Assembly: GCA_034659915.1 (NCBI GenBank)
Contig: JAYEID010000002.1
Location: forward strand, 2,089-66,088
Origin: Patescibacteria group bacterium
GTDB lineage: Bacteria; Patescibacteriota; WWE3; JAUXAW01; JAYEID01
Direction: 5' to 3'
DNA: 64,000 nt
This document shows positions 9,977 through 20,105 of this stretch, one piece after another. The position numbers were made by a program, and so were the translations under genes. Under the pieces are notes generated by a model that was given only the letters and a program-made list of their open reading frames with translations, was not told the origin of the DNA and did not search any database. The first letter of the stretch is position 1. Every line of letters begins with the position of its first letter.

Positions 9977-10653
9977 GAGGCATGTGCCAGATTTTTTATT
10001 TTATAAGATTTATTTTTAAAAATTAGTTTTGTTATGTTCAATTTATAAAGCAATTCTGATATTAAATCAATAAATTTTGTAGGAAAAGTTCCTTTAAAGC
10101 ATAAAGCTCGAATATTTGTATATTTAATTTTAAAGTCAAAATCGACAAAGATTTGTTTCAGACTATATAAAGATAAAGGGAAATCATGAGTATAATCACA
10201 TCCAAAAAAATCTTCCTTAAAATATCTTATGTCTGGAACTGCAATGAACAAAAGACCTTGGTTATTTAGATGCTCTTTACACTCTTCGATTAATTTTAAA
10301 GCCTGGTCTCTGTTTTCCATATGTTCAAAAACTTGGTCCATGAAAATGATGTCAAAGGTTCCCTTCAAATTTAAAGGTGGCACCATTTTATTATATACTT
10401 TGATGCCTTTTTCTTTTAACTTTTTACACATAAAATCATTACCTTCGATTGCGGTATAGTTTATATTTTGTTTAACGCATTCTTGGGCAAAATAACCCTT
10501 ACCAGGTCCTATTTCTAATATTTTTAAATTTTCCTTATCTTTCTTTGCGAATTTTAGTATTAGTTCAAGATAAAATTTATTCTTGTTATTAACTAAAAAT
10601 TTTCCGAATCTTGTTATTTTATCCCGTTGGTAATAATTATCGTAAAAGCTCAT
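9949..10653 (-). CDS. class I SAM-dependent methyltransferase
   Basis: Motif I ILEIGPGKGYF and a downstream acidic loop (IIFMDQVFEHM). Overlaps its neighbours by 4 bp, indicating an operon. Confidence 0.65.
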   Translation of the reverse strand: MSFYDNYYQRDKITRFGKFLVNNKNKFYLELILKFAKKDKENLKILEIGPGKGYFAQECVKQNINYTAIEGNDFMCKKLKEKGIKVYNKMVPPLNLKGTFDIIFMDQVFEHMENRDQALKLIEECKEHLNNQGLLFIAVPDIRYFKEDFFGCDYTHDFPLSLYSLKQIFVDFDFKIKYTNIRALCFKGTFPTKFIDLISELLYKLNITKLIFKNKSYKIKNLAHASCIVIGIKK

Positions 10654-11477
10654 TTTAAATATTGTAAATAATCCTGAAAGAAATCACCATTCTTCAAAGA
10701 ATTTAAACTTTCCTTCCCCATTTCACTAAAAATATTTTTGAAAAAATTATAATTTAATATTTTCTTGAACATAAATTTAATTAGAGCCTTTTTATCATTT
10801 GAATGATCAAAATAACTCCAGATTTCATTAAATGTTAATTTTTCATTCCATAAATAGGATAAATTTCTTTTATCAGTTCTGACGCGACTTAAATATAGCG
10901 GTTCTTGGATATTATAAAGTAATGGTTTTTTTTTGCATAAAATATATTTCATAAAATAGGTGTCAGTTTTGTATTTCACTTTAGTATTATATTTTAATCC
11001 TTGTTTATTTCTAAAAACCAAAGAGGGATGAGCAGCAAAAGTTCCTTGTTTTTTGATTTTTACATATTTAAATGTACTGTCCTTTTCGAAATATTTACAT
11101 AAATTCGTACCGCAGCCAACAAACTTTTTGTTTTGGGATAGAAAATCCACTTGCTTGCTAATTTTTTGGGGATGATAAATATCATCGTGGTCAGTTATTG
11201 AAATGTATTTACCTTTTGCTTTATTTAGTAAAAAATTTAAGCCTCTGTAGGGTCCTAAATTTTTATCTCCCAAAAAGGTTTTAATATTACTGAATTTTTT
11301 TTCATATTCTTTTAGTATTTTCGAGGTTTTGTCTTGAGAATTATTATCTAAAATTAAAATTTCGGTATTACTATACTCCTGGTTAATTAAAGAATCAAAC
11401 GTGGGTTTTATAAACTTTTCAGCATTATATGTGACATTTAAAATCGACACCAATGGTTGATTAATACTCTTATTCAT
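10650..11477 (-). CDS. glycosyltransferase family 2
   Basis: VSILNVTYNAEKFI...ILILDNNSQDKT...ITDHDD (DxD), the GT-A fold signature. Confidence 0.8.
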   Translation of the reverse strand: MNKSINQPLVSILNVTYNAEKFIKPTFDSLINQEYSNTEILILDNNSQDKTSKILKEYEKKFSNIKTFLGDKNLGPYRGLNFLLNKAKGKYISITDHDDIYHPQKISKQVDFLSQNKKFVGCGTNLCKYFEKDSTFKYVKIKKQGTFAAHPSLVFRNKQGLKYNTKVKYKTDTYFMKYILCKKKPLLYNIQEPLYLSRVRTDKRNLSYLWNEKLTFNEIWSYFDHSNDKKALIKFMFKKILNYNFFKNIFSEMGKESLNSLKNGDFFQDYLQYLK

Positions 11478-12363
11478 AGATTTCTTTAACCTTAAATTTA
11501 TTTAATTTTGGGTAGAATTTATTATTTTCAAAATTCACACTCAATAAAGCCGATTGTCTATTTTGTTTTAGCCGGTTATCCTGGGAATGAAATATAAAAT
11601 CACCCAAAACATAAATATTGTTCTTTTCATATTTTGTTTTAACATAAACATGTGGATGATGGATAACAGTTAAATCAGCATTTAGTTGGTTTATTTTTTC
11701 TAAGTCTAATCCAAGCTGGGATTCATTTTCAGCTAGTTCTTTCCCCCCATGAATAATCAAAATAACTTTTTTATCTTTGTCTTTATACCTTTTTATCTTT
11801 TGAGATAGCTTATTATAAGTTTTATAATTTGCGCCAAAACCATTATTTGTTGCAGAATATAGATGAAAGGGGACACCAAGTTTTTTTACACCAACTAAAT
11901 TTATATTTATAAAGACAATACTATTAACTTCAAAATCCTTACATTCCTGTAAATTACTCCCTACTCCGATGTAATCAATATTGTTATTTCCTAATACTTT
12001 TAAGGTGTTTTTAAATGCATTTTTACCATAATCTTTGATATGATTGTTAGCTAAGGTAACTAACGTATTTTTATTTAGTTTTAATAAAGGAATAATTTTT
12101 TCAGTTGAATATACGTATCTTTGCTTTTTATTAAATATTTTAGAACTTAAGGTATTTAGAGAAGTAATTAAAAAGTTTTGGAACTTATTTTCACGGAATT
12201 GTAAATTCTTTTGGTATTGTCTAGGATTAATAATCGGCCCTTCAAGGTTGTAAATAACTAAATCCTGTTGCTTTATTAAGTTTAAGTATTTAGGATCAAC
12301 CTTTTCAACTGAAAAATTTTCTATATTCCGATTGGAAATGTCTCCAGTAATTAATATTTTCAT
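11470..12363 (-). CDS. CapA-family (PGA_cap/metallophosphatase-like) protein
   Basis: ANNHIKDYG and IHGGKE motifs resembling the CapA poly-gamma-glutamate/capsule synthesis family. Weak. Confidence 0.4.
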   Translation of the reverse strand: MKILITGDISNRNIENFSVEKVDPKYLNLIKQQDLVIYNLEGPIINPRQYQKNLQFRENKFQNFLITSLNTLSSKIFNKKQRYVYSTEKIIPLLKLNKNTLVTLANNHIKDYGKNAFKNTLKVLGNNNIDYIGVGSNLQECKDFEVNSIVFININLVGVKKLGVPFHLYSATNNGFGANYKTYNKLSQKIKRYKDKDKKVILIIHGGKELAENESQLGLDLEKINQLNADLTVIHHPHVYVKTKYEKNNIYVLGDFIFHSQDNRLKQNRQSALLSVNFENNKFYPKLNKFKVKEIYE

Positions 12364-13673
12364 TTAACTTTACTTATCGTATATAAATATTTCCCGCTTT
12401 TGGTTGGGGGAATTTTATCCACAAATTCCCACTTAATTTCAAACTCATTGCCCAAAAAATCAAATAATAATTTATCAATCTCCTTCATTTCTTCTTTGTT
12501 TTCTTTTCCAACAATTTTAATCAAAATTTTATTATAATTTTGCTGGATTAATTGAAACTGCTTTATCCAATCTCTAAAAAACAACTGCTGAACAATAAAA
12601 TGTGTATGTTTCAAAGAACCGTCTCTTAACTTGAAAAAACCTAAAGTTCTCCCAACCACATTTCCAATCGTTAAGTAGCTTTTAGTTTTTCCTATGGAGT
12701 AACTTTCACCTAAGGCGGCAACATCTCCTATGTCATATCTAATAAGAGGCATAGAATAATTATCAAGCGATGTTAAGATAATCTTCTTTTCTTTTGACTT
12801 GCCTTTTAATTCAAGGAACTGTCTCCAAAAGCAAACATCTAGTTCTGACTTATTTTCAAAAGCAATCCAGCCAACTTCTCTTGAGCCGTACTGATTATAA
12901 ACAGAACAACTAAAAGCTTTTTCTATCTTTTTTCTTGCTTTTTCATACAATGGCCCGATGGTAGTAACTATAATTTTGGGAGAGTACACAGAAATATTAT
13001 TTTCTAATATATAGTCGGCAAATTCTTCCATTGCATCAACATAGGCCCAATATGCAGTTGGCTGAAAGCAATTGTGCAGTTCAATTAGTTCATCGAATTT
13101 CCCTTTATCCAAATCGTAGGTATTGAAAAATCTTCGATTATATAAGAAGTTTATTATTTTGTCTTTTAAGGTAAGTGTTCCTTCAATAATATCTCTATCC
13201 GATCCCCAGAATTTTATTTCTGGCTTCCCTATGTCTTTTCCAAATTTCTTAAATAGATAGATTTTTGTTGCCTTATTTATTTCGTCATAGGTTTTATCCT
13301 GAATAAACCTAACCGGCTCTCCGGTGCTGCCACCGGATGTATTCTCGTAAAATCCTCTTTGTTTATAATCTTTTGGGTAAAGATTTTTACCTTGGGTTCT
13401 AATGATCTCCTTTGTTAAGACCGGAATATTGTCAAAATTTTCTAAATGTACTTTACTGTTAACAACCACTTTAGCCTTAGGCAAGACTTTTTTATAGTAA
13501 GGAACATTTTTCCAGGCGTGGAGAAGCAGTTTTTTAAGTTCTTCTTTTTGGTATTTTTCTTTGCCCTTTTTAGAGAAATTAGCAACCCTCTCGAACTCTT
13601 TCAAATACTTGGGTATTTTACTGCCAGATAAATGTAGGAGTGTATAAATTGCAGGTTTGCGCCAGTTTATCAT
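12360..13673 (-). CDS. adenylate-forming phenylacetate-CoA-ligase-like (CapK/F390-synthetase-like) protein
   Basis: NTSGGSTGEPVRF AMP-binding-like motif. This family is commonly found in polysaccharide loci. Confidence 0.45.
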   Translation of the reverse strand: MINWRKPAIYTLLHLSGSKIPKYLKEFERVANFSKKGKEKYQKEELKKLLLHAWKNVPYYKKVLPKAKVVVNSKVHLENFDNIPVLTKEIIRTQGKNLYPKDYKQRGFYENTSGGSTGEPVRFIQDKTYDEINKATKIYLFKKFGKDIGKPEIKFWGSDRDIIEGTLTLKDKIINFLYNRRFFNTYDLDKGKFDELIELHNCFQPTAYWAYVDAMEEFADYILENNISVYSPKIIVTTIGPLYEKARKKIEKAFSCSVYNQYGSREVGWIAFENKSELDVCFWRQFLELKGKSKEKKIILTSLDNYSMPLIRYDIGDVAALGESYSIGKTKSYLTIGNVVGRTLGFFKLRDGSLKHTHFIVQQLFFRDWIKQFQLIQQNYNKILIKIVGKENKEEMKEIDKLLFDFLGNEFEIKWEFVDKIPPTKSGKYLYTISKVK

Positions 13674-14806
13674 TTGTTCATTATCTGCTGGTAAAGTTGG
13701 TAGTAATCGTTAGTGATTTTTTCCCAGCTTAATTTTTCTGCTTTTTTCTTGCTTTCTCTGCCCATTTCCTCTAATTTCTCTTTATTGTCGTAAAGTGTTG
13801 AAAGAGCGTTGGCGATGTCTTTACTGCTTTTCTTTTTTACAATTATTCCATTGCTCGTATCAACCAGTTCGGCGGTGCCTCCGGTGTCAGTTGCAATTAC
13901 GGGGAGCTGGCAAGCCATTGCTTCCAAGAGCGAGTTGCTCATTCCCTCGTTAAGGGAAGGCAAAACAAAAACATCCGCACGTTGATATTTTTCAGGGATG
14001 TCTTCGTGGGGGACAGAGCCAGAAAATTTTATACTAGAGTTAAGACCCCGTTCTTTTGCCATTATGAAAAGTTCGCTTTTTTTATTTCCGCTGCCTACTA
14101 GGATTAGCTCGGACTCTGGTACTTTTTTGTGGAATTTTGCGAAACCTTTGATTAAGTAAGAAATTCCCTTGCGGCTGGTTAGTCTGGAGGTGGAAAGGAT
14201 TTTAAAAATACTATTATCTTTCTTTTTTTGTGCGGGGGCAAAAGTTTTGGTATCAATTCCGTTATAAATTACTTTTATTTCTTGTTTTGGTTTTGTTTTT
14301 AGGGCAAGTTTTTTTAGTCCTTCGGAGTTGGCAGTAACTGCGCTTGCTTTGCCCCAAATAATTTGGTCCAAATGGGGGAACACGTAGTTGTTTAAATTTT
14401 GGAACCGGTTGCTAAAGCCGGGGACGTCCATTCCCCGGAGGGCAACAATGTAAGGCTTACCCAAAAACATTGCCACAAAACCCGCCGGAATGCCGAACCA
14501 GGCGTGGGTAAGGTCGTAATTTTTATCTTTTTTAAGCTTTTTTGCAAAAGAGAAGCTGTTAGCAGCGTATCTTAGTAGGTCCTTGTGTTTTTGGTAATGT
14601 CCGTTTTTTGAGTTTTTGTTAATATCCAGGTGGTAGACAGTTATATTGCCGTTTAGGGTTTCCTCGTAGTAGCTGTCCGGGGAAGATGTAATTAGGTCAA
14701 TTTCTAAATCTGGTCTTTTTGCAAATTCTTTTAGCAAACTTTGGCAGGCAGTTGCGGCACCACCACCCAGCGGAGGATATTCGTAGTTTAGCATTAAGAT
14801 TTTCAT
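13670..14806 (-). CDS. glycosyltransferase family 4 (GT-B fold)
   Basis: MKILMLNYEYPPLGGGAATA N-terminus; C-terminal E-x7-E region (NEGMSNSLLEAMACQLPVIATDTGG). Confidence 0.85.
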   Translation of the reverse strand: MKILMLNYEYPPLGGGAATACQSLLKEFAKRPDLEIDLITSSPDSYYEETLNGNITVYHLDINKNSKNGHYQKHKDLLRYAANSFSFAKKLKKDKNYDLTHAWFGIPAGFVAMFLGKPYIVALRGMDVPGFSNRFQNLNNYVFPHLDQIIWGKASAVTANSEGLKKLALKTKPKQEIKVIYNGIDTKTFAPAQKKKDNSIFKILSTSRLTSRKGISYLIKGFAKFHKKVPESELILVGSGNKKSELFIMAKERGLNSSIKFSGSVPHEDIPEKYQRADVFVLPSLNEGMSNSLLEAMACQLPVIATDTGGTAELVDTSNGIIVKKKSSKDIANALSTLYDNKEKLEEMGRESKKKAEKLSWEKITNDYYQLYQQIMNK

Positions 14807-14848
14807 AGTTTATGTTCCTTCTAAGTCTCATGTTATCATAATATTTAG

Positions 14849-16891
14849 ATGATGCGTATTTTTAAACTTGAACTTGAAAAGCAGAATATTAGTGGATTTT
14901 TCCGTGAGTACGGGCTTTTGGTTTTGATTACTGCAGTGGCGACTGCATTGCGGTTTTATAGACTAGGTCGGTACGGGCTTTGGCTAGATGAGATTTTTAG
15001 CACTCTTCGAGCGGAGCAAGGTATTCGCTATGTGCTTTTTGAGAGATTTAAGCTAACTGATTTTTTTATATTTTTGGAGCTTTTCTTTGGTAATAGCGAG
15101 TTTATTATCCGGTTTTACTCGGCTCTTTTTGGAGTTCTTGGGGTGGTTGCTTTGTATCTTTGCTGTGAAAAGCTTTGGGGAAAACGGTTAGCTTTTCTTT
15201 CTTCTCTTTTGCTTACTTTTAACTATTTTCATATTTATTATTCGCAAGACGCGCGTTATTATGCGGTTGTTTTTTTCTTTTCTGTGCTTTCTATTTTTTT
15301 CCTCTTCAAATTGCTTTTGGAACGTGATTTTAAACATCTATTCTTTCTAATTGCAGTTTATTTTCTGGGTATAAAAACACACTCAACCTTTTATTTGCTT
15401 ATTGCCTCTGAACTATTATTTTTGATTTCTGTGTTTTTGTACTGGGTGGTTAGAAATAAGCTTTCCTTCGGTTCGTGGGAATTTTTTGGGAATAATATAA
15501 AAACATTGTTTTTTAAATTTAAGGAATCCAACCCAGTTTTAAAGGTGGGGGTATTTGTTTTTGCTTTGGCTGGTGGGTATTTCCTTTTTAAAAATTTTTA
15601 CAGTCCGGGTATTATATCTAGATTTGATTTTAGGTGGTTTCCTACAGATCCGGAGTTGATTCCTCTTCGGTTTAAGTTGCCCCCCCTTTTTTACTGGGAG
15701 CTTTTTGAAAGGTTCTCGGAAGTTAGTTTAATTTTTCGAAGATTTTTAGTGTTACTGTTCCTTATTGGTTTAGAGTACTCCTTCTCCCAAGAGCGTTATT
15801 ATTTGGTATTTTTAGGATTTTTAATCTTTTCTATACCTGTTCTTATGATTTGGCTACTCAATCCACACCTAGCATTTAATTACCGGTATGTGATGTTTAT
15901 GCTTCCGCTGTGGATAGTTTTTATTGCTCAAGGAATGATTGTTATTTCTGATCTTTTGTTTTTGTTGTTGGGTAGAGTTTCTAAGTTTTTTGAGGGAAAG
16001 GATTTGTTGGAGAATACTGCTGTTTTTTCTTTAGCTGTGTTTTTTTTCATTTATCCTTCTTATTCTCCGCTTTGCAATCGTTTTAGTGGGAGTCGTAGAT
16101 ATGCTTGGCGGGAAATTGCAGAGATACTGCATGAAAACTATAAAGAGGGGGATATTATTTATTCAAACCACTACGATTCTTTACAATCTGTTCCCTATTA
16201 TTTGATGAAGCTAGAAGGGGAATCTATTGCTGGGCATCCAGTTATTCAGAGATCTGTACGGTTACAGAAATTTTCGGAAAAGGAGGTAGAAGTTGGGAGA
16301 TACTGGTTTGTGTTTGATGGAGATTATCTAGCTGAGATTTTGGGTAACTTTGATGGCAAGGTTTGGGTTGCTTGGCACAGCGCTGATGTCCCTTCTATCC
16401 CGTTTCCAAAGGGACGTCAGTACCGGTTTTCAAAATTGGGAGGTACTTTAACTGAGTTTCGCATTGTACCTCCTGTAGTTTCTTATAGTGGTCGGGAACT
16501 TGTGGAAGAAGCACTTTATTCCCAAGGAATTATCTACAATGACGAGTATAATTTTGTTCAACCAGCGGCTTATGGCCAACCGGGGTATTTAGAATATGAG
16601 GTAGAAGTGTCAGCGGACTTAAGTAGGCTTAGAGTTTCTTGGAACGCTTTTGTTAAATACGAGGGTAATTATGCGAAGTTATGGTATTCTACCGATGCGG
16701 AGAATTATAAATTGATAGAGCATTTAGAAGGCTCAGATAAAGATTTAAGGAGCAAACAGTTTTTTGATATCCCTTGGGATGTTAGCGACAATACCTTGTA
16801 TTTACGGGTTGAGTTGTTTACAAACCAAGAAACAAGCGTAGTTGAGTTTGATTCCCGGTTTATGGGTATTAGTGTTCATTCTGGTCTTTGA
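14849..16891 (+). CDS. multi-pass membrane protein (ArnT/GT39-like) with the same C-terminal soluble domain as CDS 5508..7763
   Basis: N-terminal YGLWLDEIFS (ArnT/PMT-like loop-1 acidic motif) and many TM helices. C-terminus YSGRELVEEALYSQGIIYNDEYNFVQPAAYGQPGYLEYE...LYLRVELFTNQETSVVEFDSR is paralogous to 5508..7763. Confidence 0.5.
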   Translation: MMRIFKLELEKQNISGFFREYGLLVLITAVATALRFYRLGRYGLWLDEIFSTLRAEQGIRYVLFERFKLTDFFIFLELFFGNSEFIIRFYSALFGVLGVVALYLCCEKLWGKRLAFLSSLLLTFNYFHIYYSQDARYYAVVFFFSVLSIFFLFKLLLERDFKHLFFLIAVYFLGIKTHSTFYLLIASELLFLISVFLYWVVRNKLSFGSWEFFGNNIKTLFFKFKESNPVLKVGVFVFALAGGYFLFKNFYSPGIISRFDFRWFPTDPELIPLRFKLPPLFYWELFERFSEVSLIFRRFLVLLFLIGLEYSFSQERYYLVFLGFLIFSIPVLMIWLLNPHLAFNYRYVMFMLPLWIVFIAQGMIVISDLLFLLLGRVSKFFEGKDLLENTAVFSLAVFFFIYPSYSPLCNRFSGSRRYAWREIAEILHENYKEGDIIYSNHYDSLQSVPYYLMKLEGESIAGHPVIQRSVRLQKFSEKEVEVGRYWFVFDGDYLAEILGNFDGKVWVAWHSADVPSIPFPKGRQYRFSKLGGTLTEFRIVPPVVSYSGRELVEEALYSQGIIYNDEYNFVQPAAYGQPGYLEYEVEVSADLSRLRVSWNAFVKYEGNYAKLWYSTDAENYKLIEHLEGSDKDLRSKQFFDIPWDVSDNTLYLRVELFTNQETSVVEFDSRFMGISVHSGL

Positions 16892-16926
16892 TATTTATTT
16901 TATAAATTAGTGAGAGAATTCTTTTT

Positions 16927-17943
16927 ATGAAATCGCCTTTTGTAAGTGTTGTAATTCCAACTCTTAACGCCGCTTCTGTTTTGGAGGAGTGTTTGGAAGC
17001 TATTTCCAAACAGGATTATCCCGAAGATAAGGTGGAGATTGTGGTGGCGGATGGAGGATCCACAGATGGTACAGTTGCGTTGGCAGAAAAGTACGGAGCG
17101 CGGGTAGTTGAAAATAAGTTAAAAACGGGGGAGGCAGGTAAAGCTGTGGGGGTTAAGGCGGCGCAGGGCGATTTGGTCGCGCTGATTGACTCTGATAATA
17201 TTTTGCCGAGTAAGAATTGGTTTAGGAGAATGGTAGAGCCTTTTGAGGATCCAGAGATTGTGGGCAGTGAGCCTTGGAAATATACTTGGCGCACGGAAGA
17301 CGGTTTTATTGACCGTTACTGCGCGCTAATGGGAATGAACGACCCGTTTTGTTATTTTACTGGTAATTACGATCGATTGAATGTGTTGAGTGGTAAGTGG
17401 ACAGGGTTAGATTTGGAAGAGGAGGATAAAGGCAGGTGGCTCAAAGTAACTTTAAGTAAGAAGGGCATTCCTACAATTGGCGCTAATGGGACTATGCTTA
17501 GGAGAAGTTTTTTAGAAGAAGTAGGGGTTGGGGATTATCTTTTTGACATTGATCTTTTGGCTAGCGCGGTAGAGGACCGAGGAGAATTAAAATTTGCTAA
17601 GGTTAAAGTGGGGATAATTCATCTTTACTGCGGGAGTAATATTTCTAAATTTGTTCGTAAACAACGCCGGCGGGTACGGGACTTTTTGTACCATGAGAAA
17701 GTGGGAGATAGGGACTACCCTTGGCAAGAATACAACCGCGGAGGAATTATAAAGTTTGTTGCTAGTTGTGTTACTATACTTCCCCTTATTTATCAAACTG
17801 TTAAAGGATTTTTAAAGAAACCCGACTTTGCTTGGCTTTTCCACCCCTTGGCTTGTTGGGCAACGCTTTGGGTTTATGGGTGGGGTAGGGTTCGCGGGTT
17901 CTTTTCCGTTTCGGAGTTAAGTCGGGAAGGTTGGGGACAGTAA
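16927..17943 (+). CDS. glycosyltransferase family 2
   Basis: VSVVIPTLNAASVL...IVVADGGSTDGT...IDSDN (DxD). Confidence 0.8.
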   Translation: MKSPFVSVVIPTLNAASVLEECLEAISKQDYPEDKVEIVVADGGSTDGTVALAEKYGARVVENKLKTGEAGKAVGVKAAQGDLVALIDSDNILPSKNWFRRMVEPFEDPEIVGSEPWKYTWRTEDGFIDRYCALMGMNDPFCYFTGNYDRLNVLSGKWTGLDLEEEDKGRWLKVTLSKKGIPTIGANGTMLRRSFLEEVGVGDYLFDIDLLASAVEDRGELKFAKVKVGIIHLYCGSNISKFVRKQRRRVRDFLYHEKVGDRDYPWQEYNRGGIIKFVASCVTILPLIYQTVKGFLKKPDFAWLFHPLACWATLWVYGWGRVRGFFSVSELSREGWGQ

Positions 17944-17976
17944 CTTATTTTTTATCTTTCATAAATTTTTCCAAGA

Positions 17977-19110
17977 ATGAAAAACAAACCTAAATTAATT
18001 TCTTTCATGAATGCTTATTCTCAGGGTAAAAGTGGGGGGGATATGGTCTTTATAGAAGTATCTAAGCGTTTAGAGGAATACGAAAAGATTGTTGTTACAT
18101 CTTTTTTGGGTAAAAAACTTTGCCAGGATAATGGTTTGGAGGCTAATTTTTTATTGACAACGAAGGAACATCAGTTTGGTAATATTGTTTTTATTTATTT
18201 AAAGAGATTGATTTTTGCGTTACTTCTATTATTTAAGATTTCTGTGGGCAACGATGATGTTATATTGGCGACTTCGGACTTTTTTCCTGATGTGTTACCT
18301 GCTTTTATTTTGAAAAAGTTTAATTCTAATGCGCTTTGGCTTCAGCGTATATACCACTTGATACCAAGCTCGCGAAAATTACCCTACTGGTTTCAACGTA
18401 TTAGTTTTTGGTTTATTAAGCGCTGGGCCGATTTGATTACTGTGGATAATACTCTTTTGGAAGAAGAATTAGTGGGTATGGGTTTTCCCCACGATAAAAT
18501 CCGGGTTAGTTATCCGGGTATTAGGTTAGAATATCTTAAGGGTATTTCTTCAAAGGAAGTAAAAAAGTATACTGCTACATTTATGGCACGACTGCACCCT
18601 TCCAAGGGGGTTTTTGATTTACCGCAAATTTGGAAAATGGTTTGTGAGGAGCTTCCGCAGGCTAAATTGGGAATAATTGGTAAGGGAGATGAAGAAACAG
18701 TTCGTGAGCTTAGAAACGTTACTAAGGAGATGGGTTTAGAGGATAACATTGATTTGTTGGGCTTTTTACCTGACGACGAGGCTTTTTCTACTATAAAGGC
18801 AAGTAAGGTTTTTGTTTTTCCTAGTAGAGAGGAAGGTTTTGGTATTGCGCCTCTTGAAGCTCAAGCTCTAGGAACGCCTGTTGTTGCTTGGGATTTACCC
18901 GTTTTTTCAGAAGTGTTTCCTCAGGGTATGGTTTGTGTCAGCCAAAGTTCTTCCAACAGAAAATTCGCAATGTCCGTGATAAACGTTCTTAGTGACAATA
19001 ATTTACACGAAGAACTTTCACGTGAGGTGGAAAAAAACGCAGAGCGTTTTTCATGGGAAGAAACAGCACGTCGTGAGAAGTTATTATTGGAATCCTTACA
19101 GCAAAAATGA
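17977..19110 (+). CDS. glycosyltransferase family 4 (GT-B)
   Basis: C-terminal EGFGIAPLEAQALGTPVVAWDLPVFSEV (E-x7-E motif). Confidence 0.8.
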   Translation: MKNKPKLISFMNAYSQGKSGGDMVFIEVSKRLEEYEKIVVTSFLGKKLCQDNGLEANFLLTTKEHQFGNIVFIYLKRLIFALLLLFKISVGNDDVILATSDFFPDVLPAFILKKFNSNALWLQRIYHLIPSSRKLPYWFQRISFWFIKRWADLITVDNTLLEEELVGMGFPHDKIRVSYPGIRLEYLKGISSKEVKKYTATFMARLHPSKGVFDLPQIWKMVCEELPQAKLGIIGKGDEETVRELRNVTKEMGLEDNIDLLGFLPDDEAFSTIKASKVFVFPSREEGFGIAPLEAQALGTPVVAWDLPVFSEVFPQGMVCVSQSSSNRKFAMSVINVLSDNNLHEELSREVEKNAERFSWEETARREKLLLESLQQK

Positions 19111-20105
19111 AACAGCTTAAATTTAGTATCGCAATACCAACATATAATGGGTCCGAATGGATAGTCGAAACTTTGGAAAGCATTCTTTCTCAGGGTTTTC
19201 AAAATTATGAAATTGTTATTTCTGATGATTGCTCCACCGATGATACCTTAGATGTAATTAAAAGTTTCGATGAGCCCCGTATTAAGATTTTTCAGAATAA
19301 GGAGAATTTGGGATACGGGAAAAATTTAAAGACGTTGAAGAACAGGATTTCCGGGGATGTGCTGTTCCTAATGGGGCAGGATGACCTTCTTTTAAAAGGG
19401 GCCTTAGAGAAAACACACAGTGCTTTTTTTCTTGAGGATAATATTGGTGTTGTTACTCGTCCTTATTATTGGTTTGATGACGACCCGGGAACACCCGTCC
19501 GAGCTGTGCGCCCTTATAGCAAGGAACTTGATTCTGTTATGTCTGTACAGGATGGCAGGGAAGAAGTTCAGAAGATCTTTGAATCTGTAGGGCAACTTTC
19601 AGGGCTTGCTTATAGGGTAGAATATATGGAGCGAAATTTTCACGAGCATTGTTTTCCCTCTCATATCTATCCTTTTGCAGAAATAACAAAGAGACACAAG
19701 GTTGCTTTTCTTAAGGATTATACAGTTGCTGTTAGGATAGCTTCTAGCCAAACACGTTTTAAATCTAGTATTTATGATATTTCTCCGACAAAAACATGGG
19801 TTAAAATGTTTGAAACTGTTTATGCCGGGAATGAATATGAGAATGTTCGTGATTGGGGTATAGAGCAAGTAGCAACTAATTTTGTTGGACTTGTGCAATT
19901 GAAGAACTACAGTACATTTAAGAATTTAATACGCGAGATTGCATTTCTTGTTAAAATACGCCCACAAAATTTGCTTAACTTTAAGTTCTGGTTTTTTAGT
20001 TTGGGGGTTATTGTTATGCCTCGTTCTTTTTTAATTCCTATGGTAGATATGTATAAAAACACTATTAACTCCTGTACACTTACCGATATTGAGATCAATT
20101 TATGA
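19107..20105 (+). CDS. glycosyltransferase family 2
   Basis: FSIAIPTYNGSEWI...IVISDDCSTDDT. Overlaps the upstream gene by 4 bp. Confidence 0.8.
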   Translation: MKQLKFSIAIPTYNGSEWIVETLESILSQGFQNYEIVISDDCSTDDTLDVIKSFDEPRIKIFQNKENLGYGKNLKTLKNRISGDVLFLMGQDDLLLKGALEKTHSAFFLEDNIGVVTRPYYWFDDDPGTPVRAVRPYSKELDSVMSVQDGREEVQKIFESVGQLSGLAYRVEYMERNFHEHCFPSHIYPFAEITKRHKVAFLKDYTVAVRIASSQTRFKSSIYDISPTKTWVKMFETVYAGNEYENVRDWGIEQVATNFVGLVQLKNYSTFKNLIREIAFLVKIRPQNLLNFKFWFFSLGVIVMPRSFLIPMVDMYKNTINSCTLTDIEINL

